A DNA stretch of 64,000 nucleotides from Eledone cirrhosa (Eukaryota), in contig OZ024742.1 of assembly GCA_964016885.1 (NCBI GenBank), positions 211,730,001-211,794,000 of the forward strand. Reading direction: 5' to 3'. The notes under the pieces were generated by a model that was not told where the DNA came from, did no database searches, and saw only the letters and a program-made list of their open reading frames with translations. Position 1 is the first letter of the stretch. Each line of letters opens with the position of its first letter. Below are positions 12,385 to 25,335 of the stretch, one piece after another. Made by a program: the position numbers and the translations under genes.

Positions 12385-12772
12385 TTGTCTTCCTGTTTCT
12401 TCTACAACAACTACAATGGTACGCGATGGGGCCCACCCACAGCCCTGGCAGACAGAATGGAGAAGGCGTTTCCCTGGAGGACGGCAAGGGAGACGCGCTG
12501 GAAAAGCCACTCCAACTCGCGGAGCGAGCACCTGTGGCTGGCCAGCTCAGCGCCTATGGTGGTGAGTAAGGAGGAAGCCCTGGGGCCGAGGACACCAGAA
12601 GTCTCCACTGCCAGGAGTACGACTGCAAACCTGTGGGAGAGTGACCGGTATTTGAGGATTTGGCCCCCTCAGCCCGACGTGCAGCAGAACCTGGGTCAGT
12701 AGTAGACTGCACCAGGTTGCGTCTGCAGAAAGTGTTGGTGCAAGTGGCATATACTTTCACTCGTGCAGGACA
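12385..12772 (-). mobile_element. 3' fragment of a CRE-like (restriction-like endonuclease) non-LTR retrotransposon
   Basis: GC-rich island; ATCTNTF...AARRAEGAKSS...AMETSGVLGP...WLFQRVSLAVLQGNA resembles the CRE RLE C-terminus. Confidence 0.75.
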
Positions 12773-12806
12773 TCTCATTTTTTATTTCATTTTGTAAAAA
12801 AACCTC

Positions 12807-12844
<38 letters not shown>

Positions 12845-12845
<1 letters not shown>

Positions 12846-15800
12846 ATCATCATCATCATTTTACGTCCACTTTTCCCTGTTTGCAAGGGTGGGACGGGTC
12901 TTATTCAGCACAGCATCTCTCCACTTGTCACGGTCCTTCGACATCTCCACTGTGAGCTTCAACGATCTAAGGCCTGTTCTCACCACCTCTGCCCATGTTT
13001 TTCGTGGTCTACCTCTACCACGTCTTCCTTCAACTGGCATTTCCTGGCACTTTTTCACCCAGCGGTCATCCTCCATGCGCATCACATGTCCATACCACCT
13101 CAGTCTCCTCTCCTGTACACTACATTCTATCCCTCTCAGACACAGTTTCTCTCTCAACAGATTCATGCTGGGTTGTTCACGCACATTGACATGGCACATC
13201 CAACAGAGCATGCTTGCCTCATTTCTCTCCAGCCGTCGCATATCCTCTGCAGTTTCTGCCCATGCCTCACTACCATGCAGCATCGCGCTCCTCACACAGG
13301 CATCATATAACCGGCCTTTCGTACGCAGGGAGAAACCCTTCTTCGTCAGTAGCTCACTAAACTTCTTCCAACCCATCCTTATTCTAGATACTATGGCCTC
13401 GGAACACCTCCCTCCCATGCTAATCTGATCCCCTAGTTACTGGAAGCTATCCACCACTTCTATAGCACCCGCCTGCATTTGAAAAATGTGTCTATCAATG
13501 CGACTTCTACTGTCTAATTTCCCTGCACATCTACTGCATACATATTTTTCCCTACCTTTTAGTTTGCCTGCTCTCCCGCTACATCTCTTGTGTACCCAGG
13601 ATCTGCATTGTGTGCATTTTATAGAATTTATGCCAGTTCCTTTTCTGCATATCGAACATGGCCATTTCCCTGATGAAATCAGAGTTTTGTCCTCTTTTCT
13701 ATTCATCAACACTTTTGTCTTAGCTAGGTTCACTCTCAGTCCTCTTGCTTCTAACTGCTGTTTCCATAGCCAGAATTTATTCTCTAGCTCCTCTACTGAT
13801 TCTGCTATAAGAACCAGATCGTCAGCATAGAGAAGTTCCCATGGGCAGCCAGTCTTAAACTCCTCTGTTATGGCTTGGAGGACTATAATGAACAAGAGCG
13901 GGCTGAGGACCGAACCTTGATGCACTCCTACTTGTACCTGGAATTCCTCACTAAACTCCATTGCTACTCTGACTTTACTGATAGTACCCCTGTACAAAGT
14001 TTGCACTGTCCTCACAAGCCATTCCTCAACATCTAGTTTCCTTAGGGACCACCAGATGACAGATTGGGGTACCCTATCAAAGGCCTTCTCTAGGTCAACA
14101 AAGGCTAAGTATAGTAGCTTATTTTTCTCTAAGAACCTTTCTTGTAATTGTCTCACCAAGAAGAGGGCATTTGTTGTACTCTTCCCAGGCACAAAAGCAA
14201 ACTGCATCTTATCTAGTTTGACCCTTTCTCTAATTAGTTGTGCTAATATCCTTTTTGCCACTTTCATAACCTGATCCATTAGTTTTATACCCCTATAATT
14301 GCTCCTCTCCAGCACATCCCCTTTACCTTTGTAGCAATTTATGAGAATACTGCTGCACCAGTCTTTGGGTATGACACAACCATATATAGCCTGATTGATG
14401 ATGCGTGCAACCAGTTTAGTGCCTACGTCCCCTGATGCCTTCAGCATCTCAGCAACTATCTCTGATGGTCCAGCAGCCTTACTATTTTTCATTTCCTTAA
14501 TTGCCTCTTGGACCCTATATTCGTCAATCTCAATAGCTGGTCCCTCTGTCAGGTCTACTGAGGGTAATTTCTCTCTCTCCCATTCGTTCTCCACATTCAT
14601 CAGTCTCTCATAATGACATTTCCAGGCCTCCTTTTCCTGATCATTCGTGACACTAAGTACACCAGCATCATTCCGGACACATTTATCTCCAACAACATCC
14701 TGATTTGCATTGACACACTGCCTTGCAATGTGGAACACTGCACGCCTCTGATCTTCCCATCGCAGAACATTGGTAAACCTCCTACTCTCAGCCTCCCTGC
14801 GTGCTAAGTACACCCGACGTCTAACTTCTCTCTTAGCGGCTGTATATCCTTCCCTACTCCCACCCTTTTTTCCAAGCCTTCCATGCTAGTCTGTCTCTAA
14901 TGGCCTTATCCACTGTGCTGTTCCACCACCAGGTGACCCTCTGTCTGGTTGGAGCTGTGCTCCAGCCACAAGTTTCATCAGTAGCCTGCAGCAAGTTGTC
15001 ACGTAAGAAATTCCAGTTATTATCTATGTCATACGTCTCTAAATCGTCTTCTTTTTCGTCATACACATCTTGAAGGGCTTTCATAAATTTGTATTTTAGT
15101 GAAAGGTCTTTTAGCTTCCAGACCTTTCTTCTCCACACCTTCCTGTATGTCTCATTCCATCTCTTGCTTACGGAGATATCACTAACGACTAACCTATGCT
15201 GTGGGGTACATTCTTCCCCAGGGTATGCCTTGATATTAGACACTATCTGCCTGTCCCTCTGCCTAACTAGTAAGAAGTCAATCTGGCTTATGTGCCCGCC
15301 AGATTTGTAGGTTATTAGGTGGTTGGCAGGTTTCTGGAAGTTAGTGTTGCAAATAGTCAGTGTACTTGCATCACAAAATTCAAGAAGTCTCACTCCTTCT
15401 TCATTTCTTGAGCCGTAACCATGCCCACCATGTACCCCAGTGTAACCATCCTGGAGCTGTCCAACATGACCATTGAAGTCCCCTGCTAGCATAACGATGT
15501 CTCCGTCCTCTGTCATTGCGGTTGTTTGTAAAAGTTTCTCGTAAAAGCAGTCTTTCTCTTCTTTGCCTAGGCAGAGATGATTGTCATTACTCTCGTGCCT
15601 ACAACTAACCTAAGCTTAATTATTCGATCACTAACTCGAACTACCTCTATTGTCTTATCGATCCATCTCTCAGTCAGGAAAATGCCTACTTCCCCTAACC
15701 CATCATCCTTACCTACCCAGAAAAGCTTATAGCTAAGATGTTTGCTTATGACTAGTCTTGCAGAGGCACCTCTCCATCTCACCTCTTGCACGTAGCACAC

Positions 15801-16050
15801 ATCCACATGCTTTCTCTCCAGCATCTCCACTATTTCAGCAGATCTACCTTTGAGAGTGCCAACATTAAGTGTTGCAACTCTGAGATGTGATGTCTTCATA
15901 TTTTGTTGTTCCTATCTTACTTGTTGCTGTGTTGATAAATTGTTTTGGCATTGATACACTGGTTGGATGCCCTTCCTAACACCAGCGCCACTTTACAGTA
16001 TGGACTGGGTGCTTTTATTTGTGCCACCAGCACTAGAGAGGATGTCTTAC
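12845..16050 (-). mobile_element. Near full-length RTE LINE (APE+RT), several stops/frameshifts
   Basis: ORF pieces 15567-15899, 14854-15516, 13437-14813 and 12861-13418 (TLNVGTL, QEVRW, GDFNGH, YADD); (GAT)n tail. Confidence 0.95.
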
Positions 16051-16209
16051 TAGACTCAAGGGCCCTCTCTACCCCTCCCTTTTACAGCATGGTCATAACC
16101 CCCCCCCCACTTATTGACACTCACGGCACACACACACTCATGCATACAAACTACAAACACACACGTCACTCACACACCAACATTCATGTATACAAATACT
16201 CACACCACT

Positions 16210-16240
<31 letters not shown>

Positions 16241-16241
<1 letters not shown>

Positions 16242-19200
16242 GTTTAGCAAGGTTTTTTATATGAAATCGTGTGTCGAAACAGATATTGTTATACTTGGGG
16301 AGGGTCATATTTGCGTAATATTGCCAGAATTAATAACAGAACACACTCACTGTTTGGTTGGTTTTCGCTTCTCGCTGTCTTTTATATCTGCGATCTAACT
16401 TACTCGGTCCTCAATGTTGCCATTGACTGACCGGCTAATAATAGAAACGTTAACCACAGACACAGCAACAGTGACCACAGTAGTAATAACGGTAACAATA
16501 CGAACAACAACAACAATAACCACAGTGGTAATAATGGAAATAGTACATGTAGCAACATCAACAAAAACAAGAAACATAATAATAGTAACAACCACAATGG
16601 TAGAAATAACAGTAACAACAACAACAATAACGGTGAAGTAAACAACAATACATCTAGCAACCATAACAATAATAATAATGCTAATGATAGAAACAACAAC
16701 AACCACCATGATAACAATAATAGCAACACACACAACTATGACGATAGAAATAACGACAACCCCTTAGAGAAACTATTTTTCAACCCAGCTGACAAAACAT
16801 ATAAGATGGGTAATATCTATCCTACTAGGTTACCCTTTAATAAAAGAGTTTGCATACCACAGCAAATAGATGACGAGACGGAGGCACAGTTCACCATAGC
16901 TAGAAATAAGATTAGACAGGTATACTATGAGACAGAGCAGACCAGAGGCCCAACAACTTGGGAGAAAACCTGTAGAAGGCTTGGTTAGCCTCAAGCAGCG
17001 CACAAGGGATGGTGAGGTAGTGTGTCTACCCACAGATAAGTCTGGTAGGATGTCAATAGATAGCATGCCGAACTACATCGAGGCAATGCAACCCCACATC
17101 ACCAACACGAGCGAAGTTGCACAACTAACACACGATGGGAGAGAAAAAATCCTCAACGCTCACATGATGATGTGGACTGACATCCTAAAGCCAAGCAGAC
17201 GCACTGCCAACAACTTCCAGGCGTCTAACAATGGCATACCGCCCTTGTATGGGCTCCGCAAAGACCACAAGACAGTCGACGACCCGACAACAGGACCACC
17301 AACAAGACCCGTATGCGGAGCTAATATAGCTAGCAACTACAGGATCCCCTACTTCCTCTCAATGGTTATACGCCCCATAATCAAGATGTCCCCAGATGTA
17401 TGTGAAAGTACAGAGGACCTCCTCAGCAGAATCAGTGAGTGCAACAAAAACAGGAGCCTATCCAACTGCATAATAGGCAGCATGGATGTGGTGTCACTGT
17501 ACCCATCCATTAACATTGATTTTGCTGTGAAAAGATGTGTGGAGATGATCATTGAGAGTGAGGTGGAGTTCTGCGACGTCGACACAGACGAACTGGGCCT
17601 CCTACTTAGACTTACCTACGACACTGACTACCTAGACAGCCATGACCTTAGATGTTTCTGCCCTAGTAGACCTATAAGAGGTAGACCCCCCACCATAACC
17701 TCAATGGCTAAAAAGACTCCCATAGGAAGGTGGATTGGGTGGACCAAAGCTATACGGACCCCCCAAAACACTGATCAGGTAAGAAAAATGGTCGCACATG
17801 CAATAGGGGCTAGTATCAAAACTACCCTAAAGGGCCACATATTTAAGTTCAATGAGAAAATCTACACCCAAAATGAGGGAGCAGCCATCGGCGTCAGCAT
17901 AGCTGGTGATGTTGCCAACCTTTTCATGGTATGGTGGGAAAGGAGACTTAAAGATCTCCTGAATGAAAGCTCCATAGACCTCATCATGTACTCTCGTTAT
18001 GTAGACGATATCAATATAGTTATAAGAACACCCCCACTAGAGAGCACTAACAAGTTTGATTTAGAACGTAGCACGATGGAAAGCATCCAGCAGATAGCTA
18101 ATTCCATACACCAGAGTATAACTGTAACTATCGACTTCCCTTCCAAACACCCTAACAATAGACTACCTGTATTAGACACAGAACTCTGGATTAACACTAT
18201 AGACGAGAGAGCCCAAATTCTCCACTCACACTATGCTAAACCCATGGCCTCCAAATACCTGATACTCAAAAACTCAGCAATGTCCAGTAGTGCTAAGTTT
18301 AATATTCTGATCGCAGATTTGGTACGAGTGATGAAGAATGTGTCCAGCATGTGCGACCCAACAGAAATGGAAGGACACATCCAACACTTCATCAACCGCA
18401 TGCAGTTCTCTGGCTACAACCAAAGAGACAGAGTCAGAGTATACGAAGGAGCCATGGAAAAGTATAAGACCCTCATAGAACTGGACATGAAAGAAATTTG
18501 CCCACTATACAGGAGCAAATGATGGAATAGCTTAGATAGGGCTAGACATAAGATAGGGAAGGCCACATCATGGTACGACAACCAGAGATATCAGAGTGTC
18601 ATGTTTGTGGACGCCACCCCTGGAGGAAATTAGCTAACCAGTGTAGAAAGGCCCTGAGAAAGACCCACTTAAAAATAAAGGTGGTAGAAAAGCCAGGAAC
18701 CACCATAAAATCCCTGATCAGCAAAACCTACCCTTTTAAGAAAACCCACTGTACCAATAGGAAATGTATCATATGTAAGGTGAACCCCCGGATAAACTGT
18801 AAAACTAGAAACGTAGTCTATAGCATAAGATGTACAGAGGGTACTTGCAGAAACATGACAACAACATACATAGGTGAGACAGCTCGTAGCATAGGTGAAA
18901 GGATAGACCAACACTGGGGGGAACTAAAAGGACGAAAAAACGGGTCAGTACTATACGAACATGCTAGACAACAACATGACGGTAACATAGACAACATAGA
19001 AATTAGAATAATATCTAAACATAGGAATGACCCAGCAGATAGGCAAATCAGAGAGGCCAGTGAAATAGAAATTAGAAGACCAAAGCTAAACAGAAAGAAT
19101 GAGTGGAACAACAACAACACCCAAACAAACAACACTGACCTAAGAGAAGTATAAATAAGTAAATAAAATAAAATAAAATAAAATAAGATAAATAAATACA

Positions 19201-19673
19201 TACACAAGCACAATAACAACAAGCACATAAACACACACTAGTCACCCAGCAGACACAACACTATACACACTAGTCACACAGCAAACGCAACACTATACAC
19301 ACACGCAAACGCATGCGCAAAGAAGACAAAATAAAATAAACAAACAAGAAAATAAATAAATAAATATATAGACAGACTGAATAAAAAATGGCGTAGACAT
19401 ACAACACAACAGGAGGAAAAAATATAACACCACTGACGATGTTGCAGATGTGCAACGAAAGATTTATGTAAATTATGTAAACTATATATATGTGTTTGTG
19501 TCTATATTGTATCTGTATTATTTTTGACCGCCGGTCAGTCAATGGCAACATTGAGGACCGAGTAAGTTAGATCGCAGATATAAAAGACAGCGAGAAGCGA
19601 AAACCAACCAAACAGTGAGTGTGTTCTGTTATTAATTCTGGCAATATTACGCAAATATGACCCTCCCCAAGTA

Positions 19674-19677
<4 letters not shown>
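16241..19677 (+). mobile_element. Penelope-like element 1 (C-terminal GIY-YIG, Neptune-like Cys linker), 5'-truncated with inverted pLTR, disrupted ORF
   Basis: TDKSG, SMDVVSLYPSI, RYVDDI, CTNRKCIIC and VVY...YIGETAR motifs; ~148-bp inverted repeat 16288-16435 / 19530-19677; flanked by (TA)n. Confidence 0.92.
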
Positions 19678-19740
<63 letters not shown>

Positions 19741-19772
19741 AGATCAAAAGATGGTTAAAGGAGTTCCATATA

Positions 19773-19839
19773 TTTTATTATGCGCATTTCAAAAACAAAC
19801 ATCATCAAACAATAATATTTGCGTTTTCATCAGATAAAA
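19773..19839 (-). ncRNA. Type-I hammerhead ribozyme (pLTR, inverted arm of PLE2)
   Basis: Exact reverse complement of the motif at 21023-21089. Confidence 0.88.
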
Positions 19840-21022
19840 CAGGAGAACATGATATGAAGGCTAAAAAAACACTTGTTGATAGTGCAGTTTTAAATCAACA
19901 TATGAAAAGTGGTTTTAGATTGATGTGTGATATTGGGAAAAATATTTTATTTAGAGAGGGGGGGGAAGAAAAGGATGAAAAGGGAAGGAGATGAGAGGGA
20001 GAGATGGGTGATAGAGAGAAAGAGATAGTTTTTATAACTGAGAGGAGATATATTTTATATAGAGGGGTTGAAAACCGTTGGAAGATACTGTATAAATTAA
20101 AAATTTTGAAAATTAACGAAGGGAGGATATGTGCGAGGAAAATATATTTTATTTAGGGAGGGGGGGGGGTGGAAAGGATGAAAGAAAGGGGAGGAGATGA
20201 GAGTGAAGGTGGAAAGGGAGAGATGGGTGATAGAGAGAAAGAGATAGTTTTTATAACTGAGAAAAAGATATAATGTTTTAATATAGAGAGGTTGGGAACC
20301 GTTGGAAGATAATGTATAAATTAAAGGAATTTGAAAATTAACGAAGGGAAATTATGTATGAAGATAGAGAGAAAAAAATAATAATTGTGGGTGAATATTC
20401 TAACGTCAATTTCAAAATTAGCAAAGAGAAAAAAAGTTTATGTGTAGAAGGATTTGAGAAAAATAATGTGAAGTTAAAGTTTGTATATTGAATTCATATG
20501 TATTAATAATGAGTTCGTTGATGGGGAGAAAAAAATAATAAATTAAGGATGAAATTGAGATTAAAAAGATTTATGATAGAGAGAAAATAATAATGATTGC
20601 GGATGAATACTCAAAATGTCAAAAACAAATGTTATTGTTTTACGAGAAGATAGAATGAGGGTAATGAGTAAACGAGTATTATAGAGTGTATAATGCCCTT
20701 TAAAGTAAGGTAGATGGGTATATATCGCACATATCCTCCCTTCGTTAATTTTCAAAATTTTTAATTTATACAGCATCTTCCAACGGTTTTCAACCCCTCT
20801 ATATAAAATATATCTCCTCTCAGTTATAAAAACTATCTCTTTCTCTCTATCACCCATCTCTCCCTCTCATCTCCTTCCCTTTTCATCCTTTTCTCCCCCC
20901 CCCCTCTCTAAATAAAATATTTTTCCCAATATCACACATCAATCTAAAACCACTTTTCATATGTTGATTTAAAACTGCACTATCAACAAGTGTTTTTTTA
21001 GCCTTCATATCATGTTCTCCTG

Positions 21023-21089
21023 TTTTATCTGATGAAAACGCAAATATTATTGTTTGATGATGTTTGTTTTTGAAATGCGCATAATAAAA
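21023..21089 (+). ncRNA. Type-I hammerhead ribozyme (5' pLTR of PLE2)
   Basis: TTTTAT-CTGATGA-stem II-GAAA-TGCGCA-TA^-ATAAAA; predicted cleavage after 21083. Confidence 0.9.
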
Positions 21090-21295
21090 TATATGGAACT
21101 CCTTTAACCATCTTTTGATCTTATATTATGCATACTCTAGTCCCACAAACTGTAGAGTGCTTCTTATCCGATATCTGCATTGCTTTATTGTACTACAATA
21201 AAACTCACCTCCTACATTAACTTGCTCCTTAACGGTTGAGCGCTTACTCTCATATTGGATACCTTTTGATGGTCCTTCACCTCTTCTTCTACAAC

Positions 21296-23698
21296 ATGGA
21301 TTATTACAACATAACCAATTCAACTAAAGACATTCCTATACCTGGTAAATCTGAATTCACCAAACTTCTTATTGAAAAAACAGACTCCTTCGTAAGAAGA
21401 CTTAGATGGACAGCCTATTTCTATGACCAGCGCCTAAAAGGGAACTTTCATACCAAAGAACACAATTTCCTCGATCATCTTTTTAATTCTAGACGAAATC
21501 CTCCTTCCAACAAAAATCTAGCACAATTCGAGGAAGAATTAACTAAAATTATAAAAAATCTTAAATTCAAGAGATACCCTTACAAAGGACAAGAGCACCT
21601 TGTAAATCTCAAGAACACAATCTCTAACCTAAATTCCTCAAAAAATGTTTTAGTCCACTCTGACAAAACCAATAACCTATATGGTATTTCCAAAGATAAT
21701 TATAACAACCTTATCCTAAAGGAACTTAGGAAAAAGTATCGTAAAACCAACCATGAAAATTTAGAATGCATAAACCTTGAAGCCTATGAGATTATGTCAA
21801 AACTTGGCATTGAAAAAAAGACAGAACCATTCCTCCCAAGAACTCCGAGGATAAATCTCAAGGATCACAAAAACAATTTTCGCACTGAACTACCTGTTAG
21901 ATTAATCGCCCCCTCTAAATCTGATCTGGGGGTTGTTAGTAAAGCCATCTTGGATAGGATTATCCCACAGGTTAGTTCTAATTGCTCTTCTTTAAACCTA
22001 AATTTATGGTTTGGTACTTCTGAAGTGATTGGCTGGTTCAACAAATTGGATAATAAAAACAAACTAAAATTTATTCAATTCGATATTGCCAGCTACTATT
22101 CCTCCATTTCGCCTTCACTTCTCAATAATGCTCTATCTTTCGCACTTAAATATTCTGACATCACCACAGATGAACTTCACATCATCCTCACCGCACGTAA
22201 AACCATCCTAGAGTTCAACAACGAATATTGGACCAGAGCCGATACCTCTAACAACTTCGACATCACAATGGGAGCATCCGATTCATCCCAATTGACTGAT
22301 TTAATTGGTATCTTCATTTTGAACTCTTTGAGTCGGAAAATTCCTCAACTTCGCGGTGGAATTTATCGTGACGATGGACTCTTTACTATCCTAAATTGCA
22401 ATATAGTTAAACTTAATATTATTAAGAACAATATACGTAATCTCTTTAACCAACATAACCTAAAAATTGAATTTGATAATAGTATCAAACTAGCTAATTT
22501 CTTGGATGTATCTCTTAATCTTGACACTGGCCTATATTACCCTTACCATAAAAACAATGAGAATCTTAATTATGTTAACTTTAAATCTAACCATCCTACC
22601 AATATCAAGAATGCTATAGTTAATAATATTGGAAATAGAATATCTAACATATCTTCTAATAAAAACATCTTTGATGCTAACGCCAATTACTATAATAACG
22701 CACTTTCTAAAGCCGGCTATCCAGATAAAATCAAATATAATAAAGAAACAAATTCTAGGAAAACTTACAGTAGAATATTTAATCATAACCATTCCAATAA
22801 TTTTAATAAAAGACCTAGATACAAAAACATAATCTGGTATAATGCTCCTTTCTCCATCTCTATTAATAACAATATTCCTAAATTATTTTTTAGTGCCTTA
22901 AATAAATGCTTCCCTCCCTCACATATCTATAGTAAAATATTTAACAAACACACCATCAAATTTTCGTATTCTACATCCTCCAATATTTCCAACATCATCT
23001 CTAAACACAACAACAAAATATTAAATACTAAATCTCTTCATTCCAATATTGAATTTCATAATAACAGTATTAGTACTCCCGACGTCATTGTAAACCCTAG
23101 GCTAACTTCTGTAAACCCAAATGCAACGTCAAACACAACTTCGCTAAATGTTCATAATCCAACTCTAAATCAAGAAACTATTATTCCTATTATTCCTATC
23201 GCAAACAACTTCTCCAATCCAATTCCTTCTATAGATAACACTAGATCACTCATTAATAATCTCTCTAATTGCAACTGCCGCATTAAAAATAAATGTCCTC
23301 TCAACAACCATTGCCTCGATAAAAACTTAATTTATGAATGTAAAATTATAACTAGCACCAATTCCTTCACCTATTTTGGCTCCACTTCCACCTCTTTTAA
23401 AGCTCGTCTCTATAATCATCATTCATCTTTCAAATACAAACTTAAAAGAACTAACACTGCTCTCTCAGAACTCATATGGTCCTTAAAAGACAAAAACATT
23501 AAATATAACATCTTTTGGAAAAAGATTTCTTCTGCATCCTCATACTTGAACAGCTCTCTATCTAAAATCTGTAATCTCTGCCTAAATGAAAAATTTACCA
23601 TTATCTCTAACCTAGAATCCATAATAAATAGACGCTCAGATTTGTTTTCTATCTGCCTGCATAAATTCCATAGAACTTTTCACAAAGTATACAGTTAA
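21296..23698 (+). CDS. Intact PLE RT + GIY-YIG endonuclease polyprotein (~800 aa)
   Basis: Uninterrupted ORF; KDIPIP, SDKT, FDIASYYSSI, TMGA, YRDDGL, CNCRIKNKC, LIYEC...YFGST...RLYNH and CNLCLNE...CLH motifs. Confidence 0.93.
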   Translation: MDYYNITNSTKDIPIPGKSEFTKLLIEKTDSFVRRLRWTAYFYDQRLKGNFHTKEHNFLDHLFNSRRNPPSNKNLAQFEEELTKIIKNLKFKRYPYKGQEHLVNLKNTISNLNSSKNVLVHSDKTNNLYGISKDNYNNLILKELRKKYRKTNHENLECINLEAYEIMSKLGIEKKTEPFLPRTPRINLKDHKNNFRTELPVRLIAPSKSDLGVVSKAILDRIIPQVSSNCSSLNLNLWFGTSEVIGWFNKLDNKNKLKFIQFDIASYYSSISPSLLNNALSFALKYSDITTDELHIILTARKTILEFNNEYWTRADTSNNFDITMGASDSSQLTDLIGIFILNSLSRKIPQLRGGIYRDDGLFTILNCNIVKLNIIKNNIRNLFNQHNLKIEFDNSIKLANFLDVSLNLDTGLYYPYHKNNENLNYVNFKSNHPTNIKNAIVNNIGNRISNISSNKNIFDANANYYNNALSKAGYPDKIKYNKETNSRKTYSRIFNHNHSNNFNKRPRYKNIIWYNAPFSISINNNIPKLFFSALNKCFPPSHIYSKIFNKHTIKFSYSTSSNISNIISKHNNKILNTKSLHSNIEFHNNSISTPDVIVNPRLTSVNPNATSNTTSLNVHNPTLNQETIIPIIPIANNFSNPIPSIDNTRSLINNLSNCNCRIKNKCPLNNHCLDKNLIYECKIITSTNSFTYFGSTSTSFKARLYNHHSSFKYKLKRTNTALSELIWSLKDKNIKYNIFWKKISSASSYLNSSLSKICNLCLNEKFTIISNLESIINRRSDLFSICLHKFHRTFHKVYS

Positions 23699-24874
23699 TA
23701 TTCAATTCTTTATCAATTTAGAATCTTTTCTCAAAGGCACATATACATACACCTCTTTAAAATATACCCATCTACCTTACTTTAAAGGGCATTATACACT
23801 CTATAATACTCGTTTACTCATTACCCTCATTCTATCTTCTCGTAAAACAATAACATTTGTTTTTGACACTTTGAATATTCATCCGCAATCATTATTATTT
23901 TTTCTCTCTATCATAAATCTTTTTAATCTCAATTTCATCCTTAATTTATTATTATATTTTTTTTAATATATACTCATATATTCTTTAAAATATACCCATC
24001 TACCTTACTTTAAAGGGCATTATACACTCTATAATACTCGTTTACTCATTACCCTCATTCTATCTTCTCGTAAAACAATAACATTTGTTTTTGACATTTT
24101 GAGTATTCATCCGCAATCATTATTATTTTCTCTCTATCATAAATCTTTTTAATCTCAATTTCATCCTTAATTTATTATTATTTTTTTCTCCCCATCAACG
24201 AACTCATTATTAATACATATGAATTCAATATACAAACTTTAACTTCACATTATTTTTCTCAAATCCTTCTACACATAAACTTTTTTTCTCTTTGCTAATT
24301 TTGAAATTGACGTTAGAATATTCACCCACAATTATTATTTTTTTCTCTCTATCTTCATACATAATTTCCCTTCGTTAATTTTCAAATTCCTTTAATTTAT
24401 ACATTATCTTCCAACGGTTCCCAACCTCTCTATATTAAAACATTATATCTTTTTCTCAGTTATAAAAACTATCTCTTTCTCTCTATCACCCATCTCTCCC
24501 TTTCCACCTTCACTCTCATCTCCTCCCCTTTCTTTCATCCTTTCCACCCCCCCCTCCCTAAATAAAATATTTTTTTCCTCGCACATATCCTCCCTTCGTT
24601 AATTTTCAAAATTTTTAATTTATACAGTATCTTCCAACGGTTTTCAACCCCTCTATATAAAATATATCTCCTCTCAGTTATAAAAACTATCTCTTTCTCT
24701 CTATCACCCATCTCTCCCTCTCATCTCCTTCCCTTTTCATCCTTTTCTCCCCCCCCTCTCTAAATAAAATATTTTTCCCAATATCACACATCAATCTAAA
24801 ACCACTTTTCATATGTTGATTTAAAACTGCACTATCAACAAGTGTTTTTTTAGCCTTCATATCATGTTCTCCTG

Positions 24875-24941
24875 TTTTATCTGATGAAAACGCAAATATT
24901 ATTGTTTGATGATGTTTGTTTTTGAAATGCGCATAATAAAA
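24875..24941 (+). ncRNA. Type-I hammerhead ribozyme (3' pLTR of PLE2)
   Basis: Identical to 21023-21089. Confidence 0.9.
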
Positions 24942-25065
24942 TATATGGAACTCCTTTAACCATCTTTTGATCTTATATTATGCATACTCCAGTCCCACAA
25001 ACTGTAGAGTGCTTCTTATCCGATATCTGCATTGCTTTATTGTACTACAATAAAACTCACCTCCT

Positions 25066-25124
<59 letters not shown>

Positions 25125-25335
25125 GTCAGAACTGATACAAAATCAAAATCATGTCAACTGTTGACTTTTCCAGTTCAGTTTTTACATAACAATAATAATA
25201 ATTGTTTGCTTTACAACAAAGAGCAACGGCTCTCCACTCTACAGGCCCCCAAAAGACAAGGCACCAGCAATGCGCTGGGACAATCGCTGCCCCGTGCCAA
25301 GAACAGAATAGTTATTTAGTATTATTATTGTCAAC

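Larger units (their letters stand above)
19732..25067 (+). mobile_element. Penelope-like element 2, probably Hydra clade: inverted arm + partial tandem pLTR + ORF + 3' pLTR
   Basis: 19732-20722 is the reverse complement of ~23990-24980; 20725-21215 is a direct copy of 24579-25067; flanked by (TA)n on both sides. Confidence 0.93.

Noticed and set aside
16255-16295. GAAACAGATATTGTT as a hammerhead half
   Set aside because: No CUGANGA core upstream, and orientation is opposite to the pLTR.
18520-18522. In-frame TGA in PLE1 as selenocysteine or readthrough (as in Naiad PLEs)
   Set aside because: Single TGA outside a Cys motif; the element has a C-terminal endonuclease and also carries frameshifts, so ordinary decay is more likely.
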